DNA of 64,000 bases. Source: Eledone cirrhosa. Lineage: Eukaryota. Position 1 is the stretch's first letter; each line of letters begins with the position of its first letter. The notes under the pieces were generated by a model that was not told the DNA's origin, ran no database searches, and saw only the letters and a list, made by a program, of their open reading frames with translations. The translations under genes and the position numbers were made by a program. The stretch spans positions 155,744,001 through 155,808,000 of the forward strand of contig OZ024740.1 of assembly GCA_964016885.1 (NCBI GenBank). The letters are read 5' to 3'. Shown here one piece after another: positions 14,500 to 30,982 of the stretch.

Positions 14500-14900
14500 C
14501 TGAGGCTTGTTTTAACTATTTATACTTCAGTTTGAATTCTGCTAAGATGAACTTTTCCTTTTTCCTTTTGAAGTTTATAAAATAAAGTACTATTCAAGTT
14601 CTGGGGGTTGATTTAATTGACTTTGCTCTTCCTCCAAATTATTGGTCATGTACTTAAATTACAAACAATGATTATTATAATTATTATTGCAGTAGATTGG
14701 CAGAATTGTTAGTGTCAGACAATGCCTCACAATATTTAGTTACAGCTTTTTTCATCGTGAGTTCAAATCTTATTGGAGTCAACATTGCCATTTATCCTTC
14801 TAGCATTGATAAAATAAGGTACCAGTCAAGTACTGAAGTTGATATAATTCACTTTCTTCTCCCAAATTGCTGACTTTGTGTCTAAATTTGAAACTTATTC
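14500..14900 (+). mobile_element. Two head-to-tail MetaSINE-like SINE copies with (att)n tails
   Basis: Two successive bodies with ...gataaaataa..tacca/ttcaagt.ctg..gttgat..aatt.actt...ccaaatt. Confidence 0.7.
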
Positions 14901-15084
14901 ATTTATTTTTTATTAACCCTTGCTTTATGGTATGGTGTAATATGATATATTCTATCTTGATATACTTTACTTGATTTTAAGTGCAATATATGGAACCTGA
15001 AGAGTTAATTTTATCAGAGGAAGAAGAAAAATTAAAAAAGACTTCACTTTTCTTTGATTCCTTTACATATACACACATACAAAA

Positions 15085-15202
<118 letters not shown>

Positions 15203-16324
15203 TTGCAAATACAGAAACTTTATCCAACTCTTAGTTATAAATGATGGAATAGAAAATAACATTTTGAAAAAAATACAAGAAAAAAAACTTTTTTATGTTG
15301 GATTGCTGGAAATATAAAACATTCTCAAATATACTTGAACATAAAAGAAAAAGAAAAAACAACTTTTGGCTTTCTTGCTTTCTCATACATTTTCTATCCA
15401 AAGCCCTGCACCCTCTCTCCACCAACTGATTGATTATTGATCAGCTCTTTGCTTCTCTGACTAATGTTCTGTTGGACAGCTAAAAAATAAACAAACAGCA
15501 GAAAATATAATAAAACAACAAACCTGTGGACAAGGAACTAGATTATGGGGGGGGGGGGGGTACAGATCAGCGACCCAGTCACTACTAAAAAATAAAAAAA
15601 GCTGCATGCTGGATACTTTAACTAACTAATATCTAAATTAAGTGGTTGGCTGACTTTACAAACAAACACAGCCCCCCCAGGGGAGGAGCAATTTTGGAAC
15701 AGGTGCTAAAATTGTCAAGCCAAAACATGAAACAAAGCAATCCAATTATAATAATGAAACAAAAAAGCAACAAAAAATGTAAAAAAAAAAAAAATCTGTA
15801 CAGGATGAATTAAAAAAATGACTGTACAATATGTGTTATTCTTTTTATTCTATTTTTATTTTTATCTTATTTTTGATCCAGCTTATTTCCTTGTTTTCAG
15901 TCCCGGTACTTTTTTCTTTCTTTCTTTTCACATGTTTGGAAGAAAGGACAAGGCATGAAATGTTGGTACCATATTTTTCATGCTAGTTAAACTTTATGTC
16001 CAATATTGAAACAACTTTTCATTATATTCATTTCTTGCTTGACTGGGCACATTTAGGATACTGCATTGTTTGTCTTAGCAGTGTAAATTAAGTATTGTAT
16101 ATTAGCTTTGTCATATGTACCTTTCCTATCCTAAGTAGTTTTCCTGATGAAAATGAAATCATGTAAGTGAACATAGTAACTATGAATTGCAGGGAAATGG
16201 ATGATGAATATATATATATAAACTCCAACAAAAATAAAACACTGCCACATGATATGACACCATGCAAATTAGAACAATACATATTTCACTTCGACCAAGG
16301 GTTATGTATGACTTGAATGAAGAT

Positions 16325-16605
16325 ATCATCATCAGGTTTAGCGTCCGTGTTCCACGCTTGCATGGGTTTGGACGGGGGTTTTCCCACTTGAGGCAAGAGT
16401 GGTTGTCTTGCTCGCATAGGACTGTCTGGCGGGTTTTCTACAGTTGGATGCCCTTCCTAACACCAACCACATTTACAGTGTGGGGCTGGGAGGTTTTTAC
16501 CGTGTTGCCTACACGGCCACATTACAGCGTGGACTGTCTGGCGGGTTTTCTACAGCTGGATGCCCTTCCTAACACCAACCACATTTACAGTGTGGGGCTG
16601 GGAGG
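16325..16605 (-). mobile_element. RTE 3'-UTR/SINE fragment (reverse copy of 60370-60575) with internal duplication
   Basis: Near-identical reverse complement of 60370-60575, including ggaagggcatcc and the (gat)n tail. Confidence 0.85.
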
Positions 16606-16859
16606 CATAGAAAACCAAGATGAAGAAATTTAAGACATTTTATTTCTTAATGTTTCAACAAAAGATGAAAAAAAGGAAATGTGAAAAATCAGCTCAAGTT
16701 CCATTATAAAGATATGCTTGCATATTACAACCTGAGCATTGACTTGAGAAATCAACTACTTAATCCTGTGTCTTCAGAGACTTCATAAAATATATAAAAA
16801 TTATTTTTAAAAAAAAAAAGCCATTTAATGCAAAACACCCAATTTTATGATATACATAT

Positions 16860-17900
16860 TCAGCTGGATCCCCAAGTGAGACCAGCGAAGCTCATGGATG
16901 TTATCCAACCGTCTTGCTCTGGGTCTCCTGTTGGTTGGTTTTGCCCGTAAAATTGTCCAGTGATTCTTTCCTGGGACATTCTAACCACATGCCCCAAATA
17001 TCTGAGCTGTGATCTCTCAATTTGGAGAAGTAGCGGCTCTACTTGAAGTGACTGATCTCTGAGCTATGTACTCTATTGAGTAATGTTACTCCAGATACCT
17101 TTTGGAGGAACCCTGTTTTGACTGTTTGTATTTGCGATCACATTCTTTCAGTCATTACCCAAGATTCATGACCATAGGTAAGGGTTGGCACGATACTGAA
17201 TTGGAGATAGGTGTAAAAGCCAAACTCCCTATCTCCCTTCTGATTGCTGACTGCTGAAGCTGGCACATTACTGCACCAGCTCCTGCAATTCTTGCACTTA
17301 ATTCAGCCTCATGCCTTCCATCACTCGTGAACACGACCCTGAGATACTTGAACTTCTCTACCTGCTTCAGTGGAACTCCACATGTAGAGTGCACAGCTCA
17401 GGCTTCCTTGAGAGGACAAGTGTCTCAGTTTTTGCAGCACTGATTTTTATTCCAGCCATGCAGCACTCTACATCAAGCCTATCAAGTGGTAGTCAGAGAT
17501 CACCTTTTGTTGAGTTAAGTACACCATGTTGCCTGCAAATTCTAACCAACTGATTTTATACCCGCCAGTTGTGATACCACTTCCAACCTGGCTGTGTATG
17601 TATGTAAATAATGAATAGGAAAGGTGATAGCACGCACCCTTGGTGGAGTCCGACTCCCACAATGAATGGTTTTCATTTAGCTCTATTTATCTGAACACAA
17701 ATACTTGGGCGTTTGTATAGAGACATTAGGGCAGCAAGAAGCTGACCATTGATTCCATACTCCTGCACAACCTTCCACAGCAGGTCCCAAGGAACACAGT
17801 CTTATGCCCTTTTGAGGTCTACAAAACAAGAATATACCTCTTGGCAATACTATCACGATTTCTCAAAGACTTGCCACAGTGTGAATATTTGGTTGGCTGT
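16860..17900 (-). mobile_element. Degenerate RTE-clade LINE fragment
   Basis: ORF 17155-17394 reads LKQVEKFKYLRVVFTSDGRHEAELSARIAGAGAVM (RT thumb region). Paralogous to 730-2260. Confidence 0.8.
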
Positions 17901-19044
17901 GCTGCAATTATCAATGTTTTAAATAAAATGTTATTCAATAGTTAATATTTAACATTTTTTAGACTTGTTAGACCTAAAATAAAATTCTTAATTTGCTATT
18001 TAAAATAAGTTTTTTCTGCCATTTTAAACTTTCATAGACTTTGGATTTTGTAGCAAAAAATTGCCCTATTTCTTACGTATCTCAGTGCTGCGAAAACTTA
18101 AACACTTCATTACATATCTCAGTGCTGTTGAAACTGAGATACTTGTCCTCTCAAGGAAGCCTGTGCAGTGCACTCTACATGTGAATGTAGTTCCACTGAA
18201 GCAAAACATTGCCCTACTCGTTTCATATCTCAATGCTTCGTATTAACTATACTTCTTTATATATTATATACATAAAAGCAAAAACATAAGCAATACACCT
18301 TTGTACAACGGAGTTGCATTATATATATATATATATCCACAACTGCCAAAAACTGAGTGCAGCTCATAGCATCTGCCATACTAATATTTTGTATTTGCAT
18401 TTTGTAGCTACTCATTGTGGTTGCATATCTCTGCAGTTAGTAGTAGTGTGTGAGCAGCTATTAGTTGCATATGTGCATATAATATTGCCATTATCGGTTA
18501 TTTTTTAGCTGTGGGTGGGCATGTGCACGAGTATACTTTTGTAAACAATTTTTAACTTATGATATTTGCCATTTAGCTATGGAAAAATATGATTTACACC
18601 GTTTTCAAGAGTATTAGAGCAATTTCAAAGCTGTTTTGACTAGAAACAAAACTAAAATATAATATTCCATCGAACATAAGATCTGTGTTTTCAGGTGACA
18701 TTTTGGCTAACTTTCAAATATTGGCAGACCTGCTCTATCAACAGGAAATCCAGGCCATTGGTATGGTATTCTGACTATAACTTACATAATGAACAATGAT
18801 TCACCCACCTGGTATTGAGGGCTTTCTTCTGTTCATCACTACTAACCTTGGCAGTATCGGATGAGTGTTGAACACTATGCTTTGCAGCATGGAGTTATGG
18901 TCCTTTACGTTACTATGGTTAGCTTTGCCTTTCATCCTTACAGTGTTGATAAAATAAAGCACCAGTAATGCACTGGGGTCGATTTAATTGACTTTCCCCT
19001 CCCCTAAAATTGTTGGCTTTGTGTCTATACCAAAAACCATTCTA

Positions 19045-19990
19045 TTTCTCTGAATTGAGAGATCACGACTCTGATACTATAGACGTGATTAGAATGTTGA
19101 AGGAAAGAATCGCTGGACAGATGTTATGGGAAAAACCAGATGGCAGGAGACCGAAGGGTAGACCCCAAGCAAGATGGTTGGATGACGTCCATGAGCTCAG
19201 TTGGTCTCGTTTGCGGATCTAGCCGGTTCAATTGGAGATGTTTGCTTCTGGCAGGACCTACTGGAAGGCATGCTTGAGGACTCTGCTGTCACCATATTGG
19301 GGCATTTCAATTACTGTTGCTACTGTTTTTAATTCTTTTAGTTTCTCCAAATAATTCTTCTGTTGCATTGAGGCAAGTGTCTTTGAGTAGTAGCATAGGG
19401 ATTGCCATTAGTTATACACTGTGGTGATTGTAATCAAGAACAATAGTCCTTACAGAACGAATTGCTGGAGCTGGTGCAATAATGTGCCAGCTTCATTCAG
19501 CCATCAAAAGAAGGGAGGTAAGTGTAAAAGCCACTCACAATATCTTCAATTTGGTGTTTGTACTTACCCTTACCTATGGTCATGAATCTTGGGTTATGAC
19601 TGAAAGAATATGATTGTGAATACAAGTGACTGAAATAGGGTTCCTCCAAAGAGTCTTTGGAATATAATAACTTGATAAGTAGTGCATAGCACTGTGATCA
19701 GGGTGTCACTCTAGGAAGAGCTCTACTTCACTGAACTGAACTGATACACAAATATGTGGTTAAGCTGTATAAGGAAAGAATTGTTGGATAGATTTTACTG
19801 GCAAAGTCAACTGGCAGGAGATCCAGAGGTTAACCATGAGCAAGAAGGTTGTATAACATTCATGAGATTGGTTAATGTCACTTGGGGATCCAGCCAGATT
19901 AATTGGACTCAGATGCTTCAGTTAAAATCCTCTGTAAGGCATGCCTGAAGACTCTGCCAGGAAAAAGTGGGTGGGTGGGTGAAGAAGATT
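19045..19990 (+). mobile_element. Two 3' fragments of the same RTE LINE family
   Basis: ERIAGQMLWEKPDGRRPKGRPQARWLDDVHELSWSRLRI is an RTE C-terminus. Second piece at 19450-19990. Confidence 0.75.
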
Positions 19991-20224
19991 GAACATGATC
20001 TTATTGTTCTCTCATTCTGAATGATGTCAAAATCTATCCTTCCAATTGTTTGCACATTGATACTGTCTTAGTATTAAATGCATGAAACAATACACCACTG
20101 CTCACACTGATTCCTAGGTCATGTACTGATTGTGACCCTAGGATTACAATCTTTCCTAGTTTTGTATATCCTGATTACAATGTGTTTTTTTAGTTAATAG
20201 CGGAGCACTTGAAATTTCTCAGCA

Positions 20225-20452
20225 TGACAAAAAGTGCCCAGCCCACACTGTAAAGTGGTTGTGTAGGTGTCATGACAAAAAGCACCTAGCTGTAAATATG
20301 GTTGGTATTAGGAAGAGCATCCAGCCATAGAAACTAAGCCAAAATCAGTTTTGTGTGAGTGAAACATGGTCATCTGACCTGATCTCTCACAAAGGGACAG
20401 CTCATCTTACCCATGCTAGCATGGAAAATGGATGTTAAACGATGATGATGAT
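20225..20452 (+). mobile_element. Short RTE-derived SINE (ggaag.gcatccagc module + gatgatgat tail)
   Basis: Same modules as 27640-27796 and 60330-60580. Confidence 0.75.
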
Positions 20453-21299
20453 TAATTGCATCTTGGCTTGTATATTCATTTGTATATTACATTTAGTTAT
20501 TTAATCAATTTAAATGTCCTTATAGAGCTAGTAAGACATGACAGACTAGGAGATGTATCCAGAACTTCTTACAGTTGAGAAACAAAAACTAAGATATACA
20601 GGGATTAGTGAATGTAAAAAAAATAAAATAAATTAAAAAGAGAAGGCCAATGAGAGGCAAAGTAAGTATAAAAAAGATAAAGAAAAAATAGGAAGTAAGG
20701 GAAGCTGTAAAGCAACTAGGAGTTTCTGTTGTTGAATCTTTTCATGTACATGTTTATAGTTGGTAGATCTTTTACAATATATTGTATCCCAAATCTTTGT
20801 ACTTTTTTTAATGATTGGCTTCAAGATGTCTTCTTTCTCAGACTGGTAGTTTTTACATTGGAGTAAATAGTGTCAGTTTTGGGGAAGTCACCACAAGAAC
20901 ACAGTGGTGATCCTCTATGACCAGTTCTTGATAAAATGTAATTCCCACCGTGTAACAAAAAAATCTTTTTTCTCTGTTCCTGGCTTGTAATCACTTTTTT
21001 GTGTTGCTTAGGTTCCAAATAAATAAAAAAAAGTGCTATTAAACAGTTAAAAGTTTGGGTTTGTAAAAATTCTAAGCTATTCACTAGAATTATTTGTATG
21101 CTGGATTTTACATTGTATGTAAGTTTAATTTGCTTATTTATGTTAAATGATTTATTTTATATATGTTTCAGGTTAAATTAAAATTATAAAGTAAAGAGTA
21201 ATAACTAAAGAAAATTATAAAAGTGCAATAAAGTATAAAATTGCTAAAAAGTGGATTAAAGAGATTTATTGATACTAGATTTTCGCACCCTGAATAAAG

Positions 21300-21500
21300 G
21301 GCAAGTTGTGTTTTAAGCATTCGTCTCCAGGATGAAGCAGTGGAACTTGGTCAAAGAGGAAGTGCAGATGACAAGTCAGAGAAGTTGACACAAACCTTTC
21401 TCAGGCTTTTACACTCTTAGGGATGGCCTCTGCTTCTGCCATGACGTGCCTGGACTGTTTGACGTTATTGGGGTGCCGTTTGTGCCCAAGGAGTGGCGGG
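21300..21500 (+). mobile_element. DNA transposase fragment, probably Chapaev3-like (CMC superfamily)
   Basis: Translates SRMKQWNLVKEEVQMTSQRS*HKPFSGFYTLRDGLCFCHDVPGLFDVIGVPFVPKEWR. This resembles, from memory, the segment preceding EWRLFIDSS in that transposase family. Confidence 0.55.
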
Positions 21501-22352
21501 TGGGTTTTAATGGCGGCGCGACCAGCTCCCTGGCGAACGAGCTCACCTGGAGTGCTTGGAAAAATAAATTTCCCCTTCTTTCAGTAAATGAAAATACTCG
21601 GCGTAGCTTAATTCGCCATGGGGCCCGGGGCGCGGCCGGTGTTTTAACCGCCACATAGAACCTTTAAATTACAGAACAAATCGGAACTATTATATAATAA
21701 AATGTTAAACTGTTGAACTTTAAATTTTCTAACCTCTTTAATATTGAATATTGATTATTAATTTTTTTAACTTCATCCTAGAAGTCTAAACACTGTAACA
21801 CACTGACTCCCAATATATTCACCTCTGCTAAGAAGCGGGTCCCTGTGAACATTTTCTCGCGCCACTCCTGGCTTGACTGTGGTCTGACATTAATATCGAC
21901 CTTTCTTCCTCTTTCTTTCTATCTTCCTTCTTGTAGCCATCAACCCTTACTTTTCTACTTCTCTCTTCTCTTCCTTCTCTTCTCCCCTCTTCCTGTCTTC
22001 CTCCCGCAGACTTATCTTCCTTCCCCCTCTTGCTTGCCTATATCTGACCGGTAGTAGTTGCCTTTCTTCTTTTAGCTGACATTAACCCTGGCTTCTCTTC
22101 TTCTTTCTTCCCCCATTTCTCTCTCCTTCCTTTCTTTCTTTCTTTTACCTTGTGTCATGAGATCGACGTTAACTTATGTTCCCATCCCTTTCTGTTTTCG
22201 TTTATCTGACCGGTAGTAGCATACTATAAACTTTAGCCACGTCACTCCAGGGCGACCGGCTGAGGTTGAAGGAACAGAATAGCGGTCGCCCTCGGGTCCT
22301 CGATTTTCAGCCCCATGGATTTTATCTATTACATTCACGTATTATATTTGGA

Positions 22353-22410
22353 ATACCTGATAATATCACCGGATTCATACGGAACCCGGTCATTGAAATG
22401 ATCATAGTAT
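22353..22410 (+). ncRNA. Degenerate type I hammerhead ribozyme (Penelope-type, palindromic stem III)
   Basis: atac-CTGATAA-stem II (accgg..ccggt)-GAAA-tgatca-TA-gtat. G8 is mutated to A. Confidence 0.5.
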
Positions 22411-22544
22411 AATAAACCTTTCAAGGATTTACACAAATCCAGCCTCCTGTCATTTCATTATAATATTATATATATACATACATATATATATACATACATA
22501 TACATATATATATATATATAATATATATATATATATACATACAT

Positions 22545-23095
22545 ATGGTGGCTGCCAACTCGTTTTCGAGTACGGCCACTACTTTATATCCATGTAGGAG
22601 AACCCCTACCGATGCGCTGAACGAGTGTGACTTTTTAGTCCAGCCAGTGACTCGAAAACTCTGGTACAAACACTACACTTGTGACAATTATTGACACATA
22701 GTGCTGGGCCCATGGTACCATGTGACGACAAGTGCAGAGAGATCTCCAGACATAAAGCAATGCCTGTGCCGTGAAGCTTTTATAGTGAGGAAAGGCACTG
22801 CACAAAGCCAGTCCCACTCTCTTAACCAAGATGATATTTATCAAAAAGAACAAGTCAACATCATTGGATACCATCAGGGTTGCAGGTGTTATATCAGAGT
22901 TTTCCTTCTCCTAGAATTCTGCCTTGACAAAGGCTAAGGGGTCATCCCTCCCGGTGATTTTGGATGGCCATTGACTCTTAAGAGGTCCTTTTCCCTTTGA
23001 CAGGTTTTGTTTTTAGTCCTGCAGGATGTCCAAAGTCACCCTCCTCACCAAGAAACCTTGGTGGGGTTGCCAATTTAGTCGCCAACGACCCGACC
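22545..23095. mobile_element. Unclassified interspersed element between TA microsatellites
   Basis: GC-richer ~550 bp block with sharp boundaries against (TA)n tracts. No recognisable ORF. Confidence 0.35.
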
Positions 23096-23109
23096 ATATA
23101 CATTCATAC

Positions 23110-23140
<31 letters not shown>

Positions 23141-23225
23141 CATATATATATATACATACATACATATACATATATATATATACATACATATACATACATA
23201 TATATATATATTTATATATATATAC

Positions 23226-23275
<50 letters not shown>

Positions 23276-23281
23276 CTATTT

Positions 23282-23328
<47 letters not shown>

Positions 23329-23329
23329 C

Positions 23330-23374
<45 letters not shown>

Positions 23375-23390
23375 TACATATATACATATA

Positions 23391-23466
23391 CATGTACAAA
23401 CTCACCAGGAGAATGTTTCGCCATTTAAGTGGGTTCCAATTCTGCCCTGTGAGTCATCAGCATGTG
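23391..23466 (-). ncRNA. Type I hammerhead ribozyme motif (copy of 54929-55006)
   Basis: Reverse complement reads cacatg-CTGATGA-...-GAAA-ca...tg-TA-catg. Confidence 0.6.
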
Positions 23467-23534
23467 GAAGGCCGATATTGTCCGCACTACTAGAGAGAAT
23501 ACCTGTCGCACGTATGTATATATATGTGTATATA

Positions 23535-23574
<40 letters not shown>

Positions 23575-23693
23575 ATAATAATAAAATTGAAGACTAAAAT
23601 CCAAAGAGGGCTCGATTGAAGAAGGAGTGAGACTTCCTTCGGTTGCAACGTTTTTTGAAATATCCAGTCCTGCGTTTACAGATTGACTTTGTT

Positions 23694-23744
23694 AGTTTCA
23701 GAAGATCCCGTTAAGGGTGAAAGCAGCGATTCTTTGCTTAAACT
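23694..23744 (+). ncRNA. Hammerhead-like motif with CAGAAGA core variant
   Basis: agttt-CAGAAGA-tccc.ttaa.ggg-t-GAAA-gca...tgc-TT-aaact. Stems I, II and III all pair. Confidence 0.5.
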
Positions 23745-24029
23745 TTAATCTGTTATTTTAATAAATATATATATATATATATATATATATGGGAAAGGTC
23801 AACAGTTGACATGATATTGATTTTGATTTTGTATTTGTATCAGTACTGCCGGTAATATATATATATATATGTGTGTTTGTGAGTGGTGTGTGTGATTGTA
23901 TACATGAATGAGTGTTGGTATGTGAGTGGCGTGTGTGTGGTTGTGGTTTGTATGCATGAGTGTTGGTGTGTGAGTGTGTGTGTGTGCGTTGTGTCAATAA
24001 TTTTTTTTAATTTTTTTTTATGACCATGC

Positions 24030-27435
<3,406 letters not shown>

Positions 27436-27461
27436 ATATATATAATTATATATATATATAA

Positions 27462-27796
27462 GCACATGGCTTAGTGGTTAGAGCATTGGCCTTGCAATCG
27501 AAAGGTTGTCAGTTCAATTCTTAGACCGGGTGATGCGATGTTTCCTTGAGCAAGACACTTTATTTCATATTGCTCCAGTTTACTCAGCTGTAGAAATGAG
27601 ATGATAGGGACTGAGGTCCCTATCATTCTACTGCAAAGTGGTCGTGGAGGTGCCACGGCAAAAAAGCACCCAGCACTCACTGTAAATGAGGTTGGTGTTA
27701 GGAAGGCCATCCAGCTGTAGAAACCAAGCCAGCATCAGTTCCCGTCCCACCCTTGCAAGCAGGGAAAAAGCGGACGTAAAATGAAATGATGATGAT
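27462..27796 (+). mobile_element. Composite SINE: tRNA-like head + CORE-like domain + RTE-derived module + RTE 3' tail
   Basis: A box tggcttagtgg, B box agttcaattc, CORE-like ccttgagcaagacacttt...actcagctgtagaaatg, ggaaggccatccagctgtagaa module. Tail 27741-27783 matches LINE end 27239-27280. Confidence 0.85.
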
Positions 27797-27835
27797 AATA
27801 TGTATGTATATATATGTATACATATATATATAATA

Positions 27836-27896
<61 letters not shown>

Positions 27897-27905
27897 GTAT
27901 ATATA

Positions 27906-28786
27906 CGAGGTGTGTCAGAAAAGTTCCAGGACTGATGTCACAAAAGATTTATTTCAAACCCAAACTTCACACTAAGAGTTTTCTCCTGCAAAGTAATCCT
28001 CCTGGAGTCTAATGCCACGCTTGCATGCACTCCTGGAAGGATTCTTCCGGGATCCTCCGCAGTTCCGTCGTCACGGCCTTTTTGATGTCGTGCACGTCTT
28101 CAAAACGGGTCCCCTCCGGGTCGTACTCGAAGATCCATGACTCATCACCGGTGATGACTGTACTTAGCAAGTCTGGTTCGGTTTTAAGACGCTCGAGGAT
28201 GTCCTGGCACACTTGCATGCGTCGACCCTTCTGGACATCGTTCAGCAGTTTTGGCAGCATCTTTGCGCAGACTTTCCGCATGTCCAAATCTTCAGTGAGA
28301 ATCTTCCAGACGGTCCCGATTCATGCCCAGCTCATTTGCCATCAGTCGAACAGTCAGCCGACGCACCATCTGCCTGACGCGCTCAACGTTGACATCAGTC
28401 CTGGTTGTTGAGGGCCTTCCACGTCCTCGATCCTTCTTTAAACCTCTTGCACCACTCAAAAACACGTGAGCGTGACATCGTCTCATCTGCATACACTTGC
28501 TGCAGCAATCCCAGTGCTTCCGACGGAGTTTTCACCAACCGTACCAGAAACTTCAAGTTTGTTCGTTGCTCTGTGCTCATTTCTTGACAAATTGAAACAG
28601 AGGACATGTATATAAAATTATGAAGAAAAAAGTTTGATCGCTGGAGAGAGCTAAGATTACAGTTACATACTCCAGGGGGATTACTTTGAAGGGGATTACT
28701 TTGAAGCAGAAAAATCTTAGTGTGAAGTTTTGGTTTGAAATAAATCTTTTGTGACATCAATCCTGGAACTTTTCTGACACACCTCG
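27906..28786 (-). mobile_element. Internally deleted Tc1/mariner DNA transposon
   Basis: ~95 bp TIRs (cgaggtgtgtcagaaaagttccagga...) flanked by TA. Fragments [21 protein letters not shown]...[41 protein letters not shown] is fused directly to GTRFEDV, so the DD34D core is deleted. Confidence 0.93.
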
Positions 28787-28827
28787 TATATATACATATA
28801 CATACATATATATATACATATATATAC

Positions 28828-28899
<72 letters not shown>

Positions 28900-28948
28900 T
28901 ATATAATATATATATATACATATATATATATACATATATATATATATA

Positions 28949-29036
<88 letters not shown>

Positions 29037-29081
29037 GTATATATATATAATATACATATATATATACATATATATACATAC

Positions 29082-29112
<31 letters not shown>

Positions 29113-29154
29113 ATATATATATATATACATATATATATACATATATATATATAT

Positions 29155-30891
29155 GGCACTACAACGCTATTAGCTGTCAGTCCAAGCAGCCGAAGGTGAC
29201 GTCACTCGTCAAACATCGTTTATTTTCGTATTACTACCACGCGTAAGTGGAGTTTTCACGCGTTTTGGGGAGAGAGAGAGAGAGGGGGGGTGAGAGGGGA
29301 AGAGAGAGGGAAGGGGGAGATAGGGGGGTGAGAGGGGAAGAGAGAGGGGAGGGGGAGAGAGAGAGAGGGAAGACTTAAAAGGGCCAAATTAGAAAACAAA
29401 TAGAAAAAACAAATAGAAAACAAGTCATGATTATAAAGCATATCGATGTAAGCGGATTTGCTTGAATGAAAATATAGGTGGCCCTTAAAAGGGCCAAATT
29501 AGAAAACAAATTTAAGTTAATTAGAAAACAAGTCATGGTTATCAAATAAATTTGAATTATTCATTTATATTTTCATTATTCACCAACCTTTTTCAAAAGC
29601 ATGTTTATAAACATTTTTTTCACCAACCTTATTCAAATGCATGGAATCAGATGACGGATATGTTCTAATAACTTTTGGAAAATTTCTCCTTTAAATTCAT
29701 ACCGCCACATGAATTCAATGAGATCGGTTTGAAGCAAATTTCTGGCTCTCCCGTTTTCCCTTTTATTCCTACTTTTTACGTGTTTCCACAAGCATTCTAT
29801 GTGATTCGTTGTGGCAAATGTTACTGGATCAACAAAATTGATCGAATGGTTCACCGTCAAATGTTGATAGCCTAGCTGATCGATCGTATTATAGGAACGC
29901 CATAGATCAGATATTATGGTTGTCCCTGGCAATATACGATCCTGTATAATGGTTAAAAGTGTCTCCGCTGTCCTGTCTTCTACTGCTACTAAAATACATC
30001 TTCTGGTACTTCTTTCCAAAGCACCAAAAACCCACTGTGTTTTCACAGAATGGCCACGATGGTATTTCCTTCTCACGAATGCGCTTTCATCAATCTCGAC
30101 AATTCGGTTTGGCCGGCCAAGCTTAATGTTTTGTGCCACATAGTACTCTGCACATACATCACGGCAAAAATTCCGCCAATGTGCTACGGCCACATTCGCG
30201 ATACAACATTCCTCTGAAATCTTCTTGGCTAAATCTTCTTTTGCCCAAAAATATAATATATCAACTATTTGTTCACACTTCAAATTGCTATTTTCTAAAA
30301 ATGTGCCTTTTCTAATAGAAACCTGTTTTCTACATGGTCTTTTACATGACCAGATAATCCCATCTGACACATTTTGTTTCGCATACGTTGACCACATGAA
30401 GGGCAGATCTTTAGTGTATTCAGAAGTCCTTGAATTTTCAACCAATTGACGGTATCTGCTGTAGTAGCGGTAGTTAATTCCCTTAACACTTGGATATATT
30501 ATAGAACTCCTTTTTCAACTTGCAGATGCGTGTATTATCACAAAGTGAAGATTAAAGTTTATTTATTTACACGTGGTGTTGGTGATGATTGTTGCTGATT
30601 GGTGGGGATTGTCGCTTGTCTCCATGGGCACTGTATCCATGCTTTTGAATAAGGTTGGTGAAAATAATTTGTTTTCTAAACATTTCTTCATAAACATATA
30701 GGGTTGGTGAAAAAATTTGATAACCATAATTTGGCCCTTTTAAGGGCCACCTATATTTTCATTTAAGTTAACTCCACTGTTGGTGAAAATGACTTGTTTT
30801 TTATATTGATAACCATAACTATGAAAATATGTGACGTCATTCGTCAACCTTCCCCTACTTTCACTTCTGACAGCTAATACCATGAACTGTA
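29155..30891 (-). mobile_element. Merlin (IS1595/ISXO2-like DDE) DNA transposon, one frameshift near the N-terminus
   Basis: ORF 29633-30445 has IVEIDES, RKYHRG, WVFG, GTTIISDLWRSY, HLTVNHS..FVDP, TNHIECLW. N-terminal CPSCG lies in the overlapping frame (30295-30489). Ends share tattagctgtcag in inverted orientation. Confidence 0.9.
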
Positions 30892-30966
30892 AAAATACAG
30901 TTCATGGTATTAGCTGTCAGAAGTGAAAGTAGGGGAAGGTTGACGAATGACGTCACATATTTTCAT
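30821..30966. repeat. Perfect 71-bp-arm palindrome of the Merlin terminus
   Basis: 30821-30891 is the reverse complement of 30896-30966, with a 4-nt aaaa loop. Confidence 0.9.
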
Positions 30967-30982
30967 GTGTGTGTGTGTGTGT

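Noticed and set aside
22997-23597. Long ORFs of YIYI/HTHT/CVCV type (also 7357-8555, 14977-15317, 27172-27467, 28395-29159, 60508-60987)
   Set aside because: Translations of (TA)n/(CA)n microsatellites, which lack stop codons by composition.
27462-27535. tRNA gene-like sequence (also 32767, 13920-13985 and MetaSINE heads)
   Set aside because: A/B boxes only, no complete cloverleaf, and continuous with SINE bodies.
29633-30445. Bacterial IS1595 contamination or recent horizontal transfer
   Set aside because: Motifs fit eukaryotic Merlin elements, the copy is embedded in host microsatellites, and a second terminus copy exists at 54660.
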